The position numbers were made by a program, and so were the translations under genes. Shown here piece by piece: positions 25,650-39,700 of a stretch of DNA of 64,000 bases. Each line of letters starts with the position of its first letter. Position 1 is the first letter of the stretch. Source of the stretch: Marsupella aquatica (Eukaryota; Plantae; Marchantiophyta). The stretch is taken from the NCBI GenBank assembly GCA_973895155.1, contig OZ316897.1, forward strand, positions 2,235,312 through 2,299,311. The letters are read 5' to 3'. Below the pieces are notes generated by a model. The model did not search any database. It was given only the letters and a program-made list of their open reading frames with translations, and was not told the origin of the DNA.

Positions 25650-28600
25650 AAAAACTAAAAAACTAAAAACACATTGTGCTACCATGCTTGGCAAGAGCAT
25701 GGGATGTGAGATGACAACCATTTCTTATTTACAAAACTAAATTTTTTGCAGCAAAACTTATTTTTTAATTTTTTTAATTTTAATTTTTTTTAAATTAACA
25801 TTTATTCCACGTGAACCCCACGGATGAGAGTAACCAGCAGGCCCAAGGGCAATAGAAGCCAAAAAGGCCAAGAAGAGCAACATAAAAGCTAACAGGCGAG
25901 TGACCCTGAGAGTCAAGAAAAAGTGCCGCACAATCCAAAGCCTACAGTCTTCTTAGGAGCACAGACCAATCCTAGAGCAGTACCCTAATCAAAAACCTCC
26001 AACCGGGTTGCAGATCTCCCAGTCCACAAAACGGGAGAGATCCCAACAATCACCAGCCCACAGACAGTAGGCACCCCATCTCCATCTGTCAACAGAATCT
26101 ACAAGCCCCACAACCATCTAGCAAGCCTATGTAGCAAATCTAATTCCCCTTTGTGAGATCAATCGAGCTCTGATGTTCACTACCAACTCCTTGGCACGGA
26201 GAAGTCGGGCGTGTTTCTCGCTTGGAGGAGAAGATCTCCCAGCCGCCAATAACATGTCATTTACCTCAGATAAAACCAGTGATCGATCGAAGCTTCTTCT
26301 CTTCCTATGATCAAATGTCTGCTCATTTTTGCCCAGCCATATCGTCCATAAGACCTGAAATAGAATACAGGCCTTCAGAGTGCAAACACAATCCCTCCCC
26401 ACAGTGGAGTCTAGCAAGGGGAGAAGAGCCAAAATAGGCCAGTTGAACCATCCAGCCAGACAGTCATGTGTTACCTGCCAGCAACGCCGAGCATGTCTAC
26501 ACTCAAAAACGATATGAGGAATTGATTCCCAAGCATCATGACACAGCAGACATCGTCCGTTTCCTTTCCCAATTTTCAATGCCCACACTCCAGAGAACAG
26601 ACCCTGTGCAGTGATCCTCCATATAAAGGTCTTGGCACGTGTAGAGATATCAAGTGTCCACAAATTGAGCCATAACTTACTCCATTCTCTCTCTGTCCTA
26701 GTGCCTCCCCAAATCCTATTGAGTGGATTCATCTCCAAACCTTTTGGCCTAAGCAATTGATAGATCCTCCTATTATCAAGCCTAAACATTCTCAGCCTAT
26801 CTTCACTGTCAATCCAATGCCATGAAGCAGGTCTAGTAAGTCCAGTAGAAGCTCCAGCCAAACAAGTCCTAGCAGAAGAGATCACTCCAATCACCTCCAT
26901 ACAAAGGGTTATGAGTGCCTGATCAATTCCACGAATCCTGTCCAATCGTTCTTTCACCGAGATCCAACATCTCTTACTCCCTGACCATAGTGCATCAACT
27001 CTCTTAAGGCCAATACGGCCACAGACCTCAGCAACCGAGTTCAGACAGTCCTCCGGTAGAGATTGAAATCCTTCCAGACATTTGATCAGTTCAGAAAAGC
27101 CCCAGTGCCCTGGGATAGCTCCATCCTGAGGGCAGAAAACCAAGAATAACCTAAGTGGTTCCCAAGCCTTCCACAGACTCCTAGTATACCTCAATTTACC
27201 AAAATTTGCTGGTGAACAAAGTAAAATCCTACCTGTCATTGAATAACCATTTCTTCTAATATTCTTATAATTTTTCCACTTAGCCAAACAAAGATTAGCC
27301 CCAAAAAGCAGGGCCCACTCCGTATTAGGGTGGTCCAAAGCTTTAGTAAACCACTGACACAGCAAAGCATCCGAATGGACCTGAAAGTCCTTGAAGCCTA
27401 AACCGCCCATCACCTTGGGTCGAGTCAAGGTACCCCAGGCCACCAGCGGGACCTTCCTCCCACCAGCCGGATTATAGCCCCATAGGAAGTTACGACAAAG
27501 CGCTGTCATCTTTTTCCCCAGTGCTACAGCAGCAAGACTTATTTTATGCAACCAAATCCTAAATGCAACAACATTATTCACACAACAATTTTTTTTGGAC
27601 ATAATGACATTTTTCCTTCACAACATCTTTTGCATACCAATATGATTTTCACAAGGACATCTTTATCAATCAATGTGAGCTTTTGTGTATATAAGAACAT
27701 ATTTATACAATGATATTTTTTCTGCAATGCATTGGGGAATGAGCTCGCCTTTATTTATTTGCGTTGTCTTGACATCTTTGTCTTCCCTTGACATTTATCC
27801 CTTGCCCCGACATCATTGTCTTGCCTTCACATCTTTTCCTAGCCTCAAAATCTTTTCTCTCCTCAACATATATACTTTCCTCACCTTGACTTCGTCTTGA
27901 CATCTTTTCCTTGCCTCAACATCTTTTGTGCAACACTTGCCTGCATTTCTTTGCATCACTTCAACATCTTTGTGTTGCCTTGACATTTTTCCCTCTATTT
28001 GATATCTTTTGCTCCCTTCAACATTTTTCCTCACCTCAACATCTTTTCCTCACCCAGACATCTTCTACAAGTATTAAGGTCTTGCTTCCGGATTATGAGG
28101 AGGGTCTTGCAAGATTGACCAAAAATGTTCTATATGATGAGGTTGGTATATGCATGAGTGTGGTATTAATGTCTTTGACGTGTCCTCATATTTGTATTTA
28201 AGCAACTTACATTTTCATCTTTGTCATCTTTGTTGCCTCCCATGACATCTTCTCTTGCCTTGATATCTTTACCTTGCCTAAACACCCTTTTCTTATCTCA
28301 AAATCTTTCTCTCTCCACATTTTTTCTCTCCTCAACATCTGTTTGCTCACCTTAGCATTTTTGTCTCCTTGAAATGTTTTTCTCATCTCAACATCTTTTA
28401 TCTCCTCAACACCTTTTATCTCCTCAACACCATTTCTCTCCTCTCTTTGGAATCTATTTCAATCTCATCTCAACATCTTTTTCTCTACTCAACAACTTTT
28501 CCTCCATGACATCTTTTCTCTTCTCAAAATCTTTTTCTCTCGTTAACATCTCGCTCACCTCTATCTTTTCTCCCCTCAACATCTTTTGCTGACCTCAACA

Positions 28601-29298
28601 TTTATTCTCTCCTCGACATCTTTCGTGCAACACAATTGTCTTACAAAATTTGAAGTTTATCGTCTCAAAAAAGCCTTGGAAGCAAAACAAAGAGGGGGAG
28701 CGGCAAGGAGAAAAGGGAAGGGGGGCACATGGATGGGAAAAGAGGGAGGGAGAGGCTTCATCTTGCCCCTTCCATTCACGGTTAAGGGTGGAAAAGTGTC
28801 AAGCTTATTTTCTCACCTCAAAATCGTTTGCTCTAGTACTTTACATTTTTTCTTGCTCAACATTTTTTTTCTCTCCTTGGCACACTTTTTTCTCCTCAAC
28901 ATATTTTGCTCTCCTCGACATCTTTTGTTCACATTGACATATTTTCTCTCCTCAATTTTTTCCCCATCTCGACATCTATTTCTCTCCTTAACATCTTTTC
29001 TTTGAACCTGGACAAGTCATGTTTTTCTCCCGATTTTTTTCTCCTCGACATCTTTTTCTCTTTGACTTCTTTTATCATCTCAACATTGTTTGCTCATCTC
29101 GACATCTATTTCTCTTTTCGACTTCTTTTTCTCACCTCAACTTCTTTTTTCACCTTGACATCTTTTTCACCTTGACATATTTTTCTCACTTAAACATATT
29201 TTTCTCGCCTTGACATTTTTTTCACTTTGCCATTTTTTTTTCTTTGACATCTTTTATCAGTTCGACATCTTTCATGCAACGCACGGGCATCAGGCTAG
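25650..29298 (+). mobile_element. Helitron-like non-autonomous element (3' end at 29298; 5' end not defined) with a CTCAACATCTTTT-type minisatellite; hosts the LINE
   Basis: It ends TTCATGCAACGCACGGGCATCAGGCTAG|T, a typical plant Helitron 3' end. Degenerate ~18-bp (G/A)ACATCTTTT repeats cover 27600-29270. Confidence 0.6.
25765..27528 (-). mobile_element. 5'-truncated L1-clade LINE: C-terminal part of ORF2 with zf-RVT domain, 3' UTR and A-rich tail
   Basis: The open frame to 26127 contains NFLWG...VPLVAWGTLTRPKVMGGLGFKD and RAKTFIWR...CLLC...ESIPHIVFEC. AATAAA and an A-rich tail lie at ~25765-25806. TSD GCAGCAA(A/G)ACTTATTTT at 25748-25764 / 27529-27545. Confidence 0.92.
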
Positions 29299-30180
29299 TA
29301 ACATATATTAAACTACTCATAAGAGTATCATAACTAATCTTACACATGATTTCTCTCAATTACATTTGTGGGGTAGGACAAATAACAACTTAAAGAGCTA
29401 GTCCAAGTTTTTCGCGGGCCTTGGTGCCACGTTCAGAAAAACTTGGAGAATTCGATGGCCGAACGAAGGTAATGAGTGCCTGCTTTGCTTTGCTGTGTGA
29501 CTCAGACACAGGCGGATGGGGTACGAGTGCAATTGTGAGCTGCATTCCTTTCTTTGTGCTCAAGTACTTGTCTTGCTGCCTCGTTCAGTCACTTTTCTTG
29601 CAGGCCCTTCTTGGTTTTCATTTTCTATTCTCGCGGTTGGGGTCCGTTGTCAATTTGCCGCAGTCCCATCCCCGTTTGCAGTGACTTGCCTTGCAGCCCC
29701 GTATTGGTTTTCAATTAGTTTTCTTGCTGTCCTTTCCCCGTTTCCAATTACTTCTTCTCGATGAGTTTTGTTGGAGACTGACCTTGGAATCAATGAATTC
29801 TACGGGTCATCCTATTTTGAGCTTTCTAGCATCATCTTCGCCTGGGCCGGATCTTTGAACTGCCTACTACCTTGAATCGCTCTGCTCAGGGTCTCTATCA
29901 CAGACTAGGGTTCAATGGAGGTAGCTTCCTTTCGGAGAATAGGTAAACTATAATTGAATCCGAGAGACGTCGTTTGTCGTTGTGTCAAACTGGGCACACA
30001 ATTATCTTTACAGAGGAAGTATGAGCCCTGATAGATCTTGCATGCAGCGCAGGTCCTGTCATTGCGGCATTGGGATAACCCTTGATGAAATTCGTGATTT
30101 GCTTCAAGGCTAGTACTCGATGAGCATCTACTCTGGTAGGAGCTGGGGGCAATTGTTGAGGAAATGGTCCCAGTAAGAAA

Positions 30181-30673
30181 ATGGCTCGCGAGGCGATCAA
30201 AGGCTTGATTATCACCACGTGAGTGCCTTCCTGTCTCTGGAGTCCGACTGTGATTTGCTAATCCGCCGACTTTTTGTGATATATCAACTGTTAGTTTTAG
30301 GATGTAATAGTTGTACCAGGAGTGTGGGTGACAATGTCACTAGAAGATGGACAAGTTACGTGTTTGCCTCGCAATCTGCTGGCTGCCTCTTGAGTTTTGA
30401 GCTTTTGACACTAGTCAATGCGGGGAGCTGATCCTTGGTTCGGAATGTTGGAGACTAATTTGTTTCCTGATGCTTGTGACGTGGGACAGAGACGTACCAA
30501 TGGCGCAGTTTGTAATCAATCTAAATGCAAGTATGCCAAATGCACAAAAGTTCATCCTTGAAGTGCTCGATGACACCCACATCTTTGTGCTGGCGAACAT
30601 GGCTGAGACAATCCAATACAAAGTGCAGGAATTCAGAGAGTCGAATACCTATGAGAAGCCCCACGGAAGCTAA
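30181..30673 (+). CDS. TFB5: General transcription/DNA repair factor TFIIH subunit TFB5 (p8/TTD-A/GTF2H5), 73 aa, 2 exons
   Basis: Exons 30181-30218 and 30490-30673 (GTGAGT...CAG intron) give MAREAIKGLIITTDVPMAQFVINLNASMPNAQKFILEVLDDTHIFV...FRESNTYEKPHGS*. This matches the plant TFB5 pattern AIKG...D.PM.QF+.N.N.SMP..QKFI..VLD.TH.F. Confidence 0.93.
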
Positions 30674-30781
30674 ATCTTTCTTGTGGGTCAACTAGTCAAA
30701 ATATGAGCTTTGAAACGAAGTAGTGAGGTAACACGTATTGTCATGTGAAAGGCGAAAGCCAGGTGAAAGTCGTCTCTAGTA

Positions 30782-33700
30782 ATGGATCCTCCTTCCACAT
30801 CTGCTGCTGCGTCCGCTGGTGGTGGCGGTGGAGCCGAACAAGATACTGACGATGAAGTGAGTTCGAGTCGTCCACACCCTGGGTTTGAATAGGTTTGCAT
30901 TGGGTTGAATTGGTCTACATAGGGTGGTGATTGCAAGGGCTATGCGCACCGTGCTAAGTAAAGACACAAGTCTGAGTCCATTTTTGAGCTACTAAGATTA
31001 GCACTCTCATAATCTGCTTGTTTCGTTTTCAGTTGGACGGCTTCGATGACTTCACAATCGCTTCGTCCTGGGAGAAGTGAGTCTTACACAATGCAATTTC
31101 TTATGTCTTTATCCAAGATCAGATTGTGGCTGCTATCCAGCCCACTCAAGCTCAACAAATTCTTATGGCATGCATTTGACAGGGTGATAGCGACGGTTGA
31201 GGCGACTGCCCGAAATTGGCAGGAAGCAGGTTGTGCAGGCCTTCTGGTACGTGAACGGATTTTCCATTCTCACGAGGATGTGTTTTGCAGATGTCCATGT
31301 TCTTGATTACTGGCAATTTTGGCTTTTGTCTTTAGGCTGTCGTCGTGTGTTGATGATTGACTCTCTTTCCTTCTTTATTTCTATGCTACCTAGTTGCACC
31401 ATATTAGGTTGCCTTCCATTTTTTTTCTGCAAGGCCCACCGCTAGAGTCCTTGTTCTGTCCGCCCAACTGTGTCGTGTATTGGGAAATGAACACGGTATG
31501 TGATTTTCAAGTGCAAAAGATGATACATTAGCATCTTGGTAGAAATTAGGCGCCTTTGGAATACATATGGTTTTTGTTCAGGGTTTGAAAAGATTTTCCA
31601 ACTGGGCATACAGCAGAAATTCATAAACATGGGTATCCGAAGTTTGAAATTCTATCATACATAGCTTTTTGTATCGCTGACAAGCTTGTTATTGCATAGG
31701 CTGCGGGTGCAGTACCTGTTTCTGGGTCAAGAAGCCTGCACCGTGTTCACAAGGAGATCGCATTTGGCAAGAAACCATATGTAGTGATTTTCTTCTTTCA
31801 TATTGGCAGGGAATCAGGTATAGTACATTCTTTCCTGTGAGTGAGAGATTTCAATATGTGGACTACCTTGCTCTGGTGAAGTTGAAGAGAAAGTTTTGTG
31901 GTCAAATTCACGAGTTGAATCGAGCAGCTACAGTAGCTCATGTAATTCAAACCGGTTAATTCGAAAGTCTAGTATTGCAGTTGAGGACTACTGGGCGTTG
32001 ATTCTGATTCCTACTCTTTAAACGTAAGAAGGTTTGATTTAGGAAGGTTAAAATCGTTAAGGAGTGAGCAACATTTCTGCATAGGTCACAATAATTTCCT
32101 GTTCTGAATAAATTGCATTCTATGCGTTTTTGTCTTTTTCTGCCCAGACGAAGGGTTTCTCGGACGTCAATTTGGACTGCGTCTGAAACGATTTTCTTGT
32201 AATGTGTGTATTTGCAGAAGTTAGAGATGAATGGCCAATAGGCTTACATCATTTGCAGCTATGGTTTGGCGTGAGGGATTTCGTGGTGAGTGCACCTCTA
32301 TTTCCTTCAGACGTCATTCAGAGTAGGGAGATCAAATTTGTGTTACTAGAAATTTTGGGACATTTGCATCTTTTTCTTCTTCTTATATGAACTCTTTTAA
32401 CTGCCCTAGGAGACCTGTTCACAGTTTCACTGTCACGTTACAATGACAGATCGCAGGCAAATGTGGTAGTTTTTTTGTATCTTTAAATGTAAAGCACACC
32501 AACACGAGCAAGCTACAAGCTGAGCATATTTCATGCGTGTAAAAGCTATTTCTTTTCTCTTCCAGGTAGTTGTACCAGTCACGGACAGTGGAGTTATACT
32601 TGATGCGCCAGAGGCCACCACCCTACTGAGCACAGTTGCCATTGCACTGTCCTCTTGTGGCAGGTTCTTCCTTTCTGAAATGCTCAAGATTAGGAATCTA
32701 ATAAATTTTCTGGAATCGTTTTTGTGTGATTTGAGATCCGCTGGCTGCGTTTCCGTTGAGTCAAATGGTTATGTCAGATGATAACCATAAGAGTCATCCG
32801 ACTTAGTCTCTTCGCTGCTTCGAGTCACCAGGAATCTCTAGTTCGCGTAGCGAAGTCTGAGAGAGATGAATAAGATACTACTCTTACATTTTATGCTTAC
32901 TCTCTTACATGAAATGAATAGTCTTGCAGCAGTTCTAGCTTTCTTTGGAGGAGAGTTATTAGTTTTAGTAAATTATACTCAGTGGTATGTCTCGAGGAAA
33001 CCTCTAATCGACTGCTGACGAAGGAATTGTGCTTTGATTTCCAGTGACTGGCCTGCGTTTGTGCCAGTGCATGACCCTACTCGAAAAGCATACAAGGGTG
33101 TTCAGGGCACAAATAGTTCGTATTCTATCACTTTTGAAGCAGAACGCGTTGATCGCTGGGTTCCTGTACGATTCATGCACTTGGAGGGCCTCTATGAACT
33201 TTTTGTGTCAAAAGTGGTATGTACTCTCTCCCTCCCTCTTCCGGACCAACTTCCTTTTCGTCATTCGGATTTCGCACAAGTAGCCGTCTCTGTTGTTAGT
33301 AAGGTAGATGGGGAAAGATAGTATCAGTGACATTCAGCTAATCGAAAGAAAATTTGCAGGAGGCTGTTCTTAGTGTCATTTTGTCCAGTGAAGACTCATG
33401 TCTGATTGCAGTAATTGTTTTTCCGTGGCATTTGGGGTCTCCTCTAGCTTGTTTTTGGTGTTGTTGGAAATTCGAGCTCCATTCTGTTCCCAGACTTTGT
33501 TTTTTAGTCAACAACTATTGTCCATTTGTCTCCTTGAATACTTGGTTATTGGTAACAGCCTTTCCAAGCCTCTCTTGGCCAGGCTGACCTAAAGCTTCTG
33601 TTAGGTCCCTGTTACTCCCCATGAAGTAATTTCAAGATTCTGCATCCTTACCATCTTTGGGTTCCTTTCGGAATTTCTTCCCTGAAAGACTCCAGCCATT

Positions 33701-36700
33701 TTCTGATCTCGTATGTAGTGAGTACGAGAGGGTTGAAAGTACTTGGTGTCACTATTTGATTGGCAAGTTGCAGTTATCTTTGATGCATCCCCTTCCTGTC
33801 CCTGAAGGCTTTCACAGCAACAAGCTCTGCTGCAGTTCCTGCCCTGAAGGTGGAATTCACCATGCGGTTGACGTATCGAAGTCCTATGTTTGGGTACGAT
33901 TATCAAGATCGAGGCGGGGAAACTCCAGCTGCAGAGTCAAAAGCAGATTACGACGGCGAATCACCAAACGAACCTGCATGGGACGAAGATCTTCCCTGGG
34001 GAGAGTGGCATTCTGTTGATGACCCCATTAAGGGTACGGTAGCTTTTGTTGTCTCTGTCCTGCACTTATTCTGTCTCTGTGTCCGTGACGTGTGTTGTTA
34101 TGTGTAATTTGTTTTGTCTAAAGTTTTCTTTGGTGCGTGATATTCTTATGTAGCTTAGCTTCAATTTGCAGAACTTCTTCTCTCGTTGGAAAGATTCTGG
34201 ACGTGTCCCTCCAGAAACTTGCACAGAGGTTGCTACTCCGTTGCAATCTGTTGTGTTTGGCCATTTAGTGGTACCCGCCCCCGCCAAGGGTTTGACATTA
34301 TTGCCCGGCTGTTGTGATCCAGGTTTTGAATTGATTGCAATTTTCACCAGCAGGTTTGTGAGCAGTCCAGAAGAAATGGCAGAATTTGAAAATGCCTCCA
34401 CTTTTGCTGCCGACAAGTGGTCGCTTATTCCTGTATTTGTAGGGAAAAAGTAAGTGTTTCAGTTACTAGGCAATTGTTGCGACATTGTCCTTCGCACTAG
34501 AAAGGGCAAGTAAATAAGTGAAAGAATTCTGGGGCTCCAATTGCTGACTGGTACACAGAATGAATGAATGAAAAGTCTACGTGGACCCAAACGGGCCACA
34601 CGACGAGAACAGTACTAGGACTTCCTAGTCTGAAGAGTGAATCTTTTATTGGTAAATATGTGGATCTAAGAACAACAAGTTTCTAAATCGTGCTGCTTGT
34701 AGTTTTCAAGAGAGATCTTGTCCAGATCTTGTCCAGCAGGGACAGGCGACCAACTGTCCTCCTAATGTGACCAATCTGAACTAGTATCTTTGCCTTCACA
34801 GTACCGTTGCGACTGGATCAGTCTTATGGTGCTAGACATGTGGTTCACATCCCTCAGACTTACAGCATTGTTAATTCAATATAGACCAGTGTATCTTCAA
34901 CGCTGGGCCTATAATGATGTATTTTAGAGTTAGTTTTTCCGTTTGATGTCTTAATATAGTTTTCACCAAGCAGGGAGGACAGTCAGCGTGAAGAGGGATT
35001 CACTGGGCGTCTTGAAGCTCTGGTCAATGCATTTTTTGTAGCTGGAGAAGCGCAATTCATGGATGACTTCGCAAATGGTGCGTATAAGTCGGTTTCATAT
35101 ATTTTTTGGAGAAGTCTTTAGCCAAATGTACAAATTTTATACTTAAAGAGCGTTGTGGGGATTAGGAGTTAGCACCTGTATAATGCTGATCGTTATATTA
35201 TTGATTTGTGAAGTGGTGAAGCCGGATATGGATCTGTTGCTTGAAGCATTTACAGTACCACCACCAAGTGTCCTTGAGCGAGTTCTTAAAGATCTCTTCT
35301 ACGCAGGTATTTGTGGCTCTTTGCTGTCTCACATCTTGTTTCTAATTTATTAGACCGTTTCTCTCATGGAGCAGAAAGGTAGGAATGATGGAGCGTATCA
35401 CTGCATTTAATAAACAAGATGTTATTTGCAGCGGTGATACCGTCCGGTGATGGGTTCTCTTTCAAAACTTTTGGTATATCTGTGAAGGGAGCACCACGTG
35501 ATTCCCTCTTTGGTCGATTTTCCCTTCAAGCGTTGCGTTTCGGAAGTTGTAACATACGTGGTATGTATATCTCAATTTGATGATAACCATTTGGCTACTC
35601 TTTTTGTGAAATTATCATCACGTCTATTGATGTGCTGGACCTCATGTACGGAAAGACTGAGTTATGGACAGTGGTTTTGACAAATCATTGTTCTTTTCTT
35701 GTCCAGCTATCTCGGACCTCTGGTTAGAATTTCTGCGAGAGGTTCGCTGGTGTTGGGATGAGTGCCAGCCTTTGCCAAGGGTCTCACCTGATGAGCCTCC
35801 CGACCTTTCAGCTTGTTTGTTACATCAAAAATTACAATTGGTACTATAATCTGTCTCAATAATCTCGTGTATGCTTCTGCAAACGTTTTGATGCTCTAAT
35901 AGTGATCCGAATCACATGAGAATGTGTGAGTTTCGCTATGTCAAAATTGAAGGGGTCTTCGTAATAGAGCTGTTGCTCCTAAGTTTGCAACAGTATGGGG
36001 CACATTTTTAGTGTTCCGAGAATCTTACGCAATAGATCCGCACTCAAAAACCTTTCTCATTTGATCTCTCACACAGCCCTCAATCTAATCAACTTAATTT
36101 CTGGTGAGAGGAAGTTCTAAGCGTTCTGATTCAATCTAGAATAGTTATGCTGAAGCGGGAGTATGAATGTGTCTTGACAGTAAGGAAAACATCTTTCACA
36201 GTGAACATGATTACTGTAAAAAACTTCCACCAGTGACATATGATGGGGTCGGCTCGGTGATAGTTGAGTGGATACGATGCATGTAAAATTTGCAAGCATG
36301 AATTGCTGCGTCTCATCTAAGTATCTTGTGCCAATCGTCAGCTGGCAATGTGCATAAAAATCAAGGCAGAGGAGGCAGTCAAGAAATCAGCTTCTGATCA
36401 GCAGGACCCTTATGGAATGGAGAGCCAAAATAAGGCAACCACGAGTGACGATAAGATTCATGATCAGGTTTGAGTCTTGGCTCTGTTTATCGAGTAATTC
36501 CTTTGATTCATAGTGTTTAGCCACTATGTAAGTTTACAACGTAGTCTGAATTCAAGTGAGTTTATGGTTTGCTAAATATTTTCTGTTCTGTCTTCTTGTT
36601 TTTCTGCTGAATTTGCGTGTAGGATATAAACGATCCCACTGAGTTGGTACCCGAGGCACCGGATTCAGGCCCAGCCGAAGCTTTCGAAGAAACCTTACCA

Positions 36701-39700
36701 AGTTTTCCATCTCAAAGGTGTTCCGTTTACCCACTAGTGTCGGGGAATGTTACACTTTACCCCAGGCATCTACTATCTTCATCCCGCAATAAGCCCGGCC
36801 GTTGATGCAGTAGGATGATAGAAACATTAAGATTGTGACACATCATCTAGATGGGGTGGTTTCAGTGATTTGGAGTGAATTAAGTAAAATCTTGGGGTGA
36901 ATTGCGCGTCCCCCTTACTTTTTGCGCTTTGATATTTAACCAGAACTAAGACAAGCAAAGTGGTCCATGCTGTCAAACACATTGATGTTGGATTCAAGTG
37001 GAGTGATTTATATGTCATTTCTAGGATAGCGAGCAAAATTGGCGTTCGTAGTTAACTTAATGTTGCATAGACAAGAGTCTCCAAGTATTATTTTGAGAAT
37101 TCTTAATTTTCGTGTCTGGTGCAGCTCTGTAGATGAAATGGAAAGCTTGTTCAGTCCACCTCCTCAGGAGACGAAGCCAAGCCCAAAGGAAGTCCCTAAA
37201 TCTTTGCCGGAGCAAGTCCCTACGTTTGTGCAAAGTACTCCTGTTACTGAAGTCTGGCATTCCAGTGATGATGAAGAGCCATGGGAACCATTGGAACGAG
37301 TTGATATTCCGGAAGCCAAAGTGCGAAAAGAGAGAAGAGGCTCTGCTGGGCTCGTCAAAAATCTGATGTTACTGAAAGTGGAGGAGCCAATGCATGCTCC
37401 TCTAGTGCAGGTTCAAAACATATACCCTCCAAGTTGGAAATGCTTTGTTGATCTAGCTATATTAAATGAGCCCTCTTAGTACCCCCCGCCGCCCCCCCGC
37501 CCCTCCCCCCCTTTTTAATGTGGATGTCGGAACGTGGCTGACAATCTTCAATCCCTTATTTCCAAGAATCTTGTGGGAATAGTTGTGATTGATCAGCTGG
37601 GTCGTTCCAGTTTGTCCAAGGTTTCTTCACGAACCTGTGGATGGATGGGAATAGTTTGAATTCTTTTTGACTGAGATGCTTTCTTGCAACGATCAGAGAA
37701 CACCCGTGATGACTGAGGACATGCTACTGGAGCGAGAACAAGCAATTGCTTCATTAAGCCGATCCCCTTCTGTAAGTCTTATTTAGCCAGGACCTATCGG
37801 CAGTTATGTCATTTGTTCATTCTCTTTGTTCCATGCCTTCTCACAACTGAGAAGCAAGATTAGATGAAATCGCTCAAGAAGGAAAGAATTAAGGAAACGG
37901 TAGGCTATCGATTTGTGAGCCTTACAATAGCATTTGCTTTACAACAAATTCGAGTGTTTTGAATTCATATCTTTGAGTGGGTTGTTGAAATATCTATGCA
38001 GTGTCCAAGACTGAATGAGTAGAGGAATTGAGATGGAAATTTAAGGATATGACTAAAGACGGTGTCGTGGCAAAAACACTGCTCATGTACTGAAGAGGTC
38101 ATGTGTTGATTACTGTTTATCTTGCAGGAGAGAGTGGCACGTATTCGTCTTCAAACTGACATTCTGGCCTCAGGTTGGGATTATACATAATCATTGCCAA
38201 TCGAGTTGTTCGTTGACTTCAGAAAGGAAGTCTATATCTCATGTTGTGTGACCTCAATATGGAATGTGGCTTATCATGCCCTTGACGTGCTGTTAACAGA
38301 TATGGGAGCATTCAAAGCCGCTAATCCAGGAGCAGTTCTTGAGGACTTTGTTCGGTGGCATTCTCCTCGTGATTGGTTAGAAGAGCGTGCCGATGGAGAC
38401 GGGGAGATCTCAGGCAGCAGAAATGTTGAGTCTAGTGAAAGAACCTGGCCTCCTCGAGGACGACTTTCAAATCGTATGTCACAACCAGACAATGTTTGGA
38501 ATCAGACTTGGGATCAGAGTGCTCCAGAAGCTGCAGCAGAACAAAAGCTTCTCTTTGATTATAAGCGAGAGGGTGAAAAGGTACTCAATACTGTCTGACG
38601 TGTTCATCACTACTTAAAATTGTTACCAGGGATAACCCATCATAGAAGATTACTATAATGTTGTATGTGAGCTCTTATACTTTCAAGTATGTCATTTGAC
38701 AGGTGATACATTACTTGGACACGTTACGACCACAGCAGTTACTTGCGCAAATGCTTTGCACGGCCTTTATGGCTTCTGCTGATGCACTGCGAAGGACAAA
38801 GTCGGGCGACATGAAACGGTTACTTTCTGAGCTGGAAGAGTTGTATTCAACAATGAGCGTTGTTCTTGAGCCGTTGTCGAAATTTGAGAGGGCCGGTAAG
38901 TTTAGGCGTTGCAAAGCTGTCATTTCAGTGGCAGTGTGTTTGCTCAACTTAATTCTTAAGCATGACCAGATGAGCGTCAGTGCCAAGAGTCATTAGGTTC
39001 AGATTCTGCTCCATTGTTGAAAAGCTGGATTTTGAAGACTTTATTTGTCATAGTTGAACTCTAATGATCCATTTGCTTTTGGTGGGTTGGTAGATGTACC
39101 TCCGAAGGCGGAAGTTGATTCTTGGCGTTCAGATCTTCTACAGCTGTGCACGGTTTTTGGAAAAGTTGAAACAGATGTCTTTGTGGCCGCTTCCCTTTTC
39201 CAAAAACTCAAGATGACTCCATCGTTGATGACGGACTTGTTCACTAGTTTTCTGGATGATGGAGAACGATTAACAAACGCTCGTGTACATAGTCAAAGCC
39301 CGTGGGAGGTTCGTTTATCCTGTTCCTCCGTTGGTCACCCAGGATCTTGTGGACGGTCTGATTTTTATAGATACCACTTCTGAACATCGTTCTCATTGAA
39401 CCTTGCATAGGATTGTCTTCTTTCTCTTCTTCACTTTTTTTTATATGCCTTGTGGTAACTCCTGGATATCCATGTAAGTAGCACTAGTGTTGGTCACCAA
39501 TTATGTGGTGGTAGAATGGGAGGCTGCACACTGTAATACAATGTCCATCTTCAAGAGGTCTGACTCTCTGATGCGGTTTAATTTTCTTTCTCTACAGGGA
39601 GGCTCAAATGAAAGAGAACTAGTTGCTGAGCTTTTTCCTGTTGCAAGCACTAGGCCGTCTTCGAGCAAGACCCAGAAGATGGGAAATTATTTGAATGGAA

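Noticed and set aside
28374-29213. Phe/Ser/Leu-rich ORFs resembling membrane proteins
   Set aside because: They are artifacts of the pyrimidine-rich minisatellite.
30674-30781. TFB5-Rab3GAP read-through or splice fusion protein
   Set aside because: The spacer is a multiple of 3 but contains three in-frame TGA codons. Splicing TFB5 exon 1 to the two AG sites I tested (30762, 30779) gives a stop or the wrong frame.
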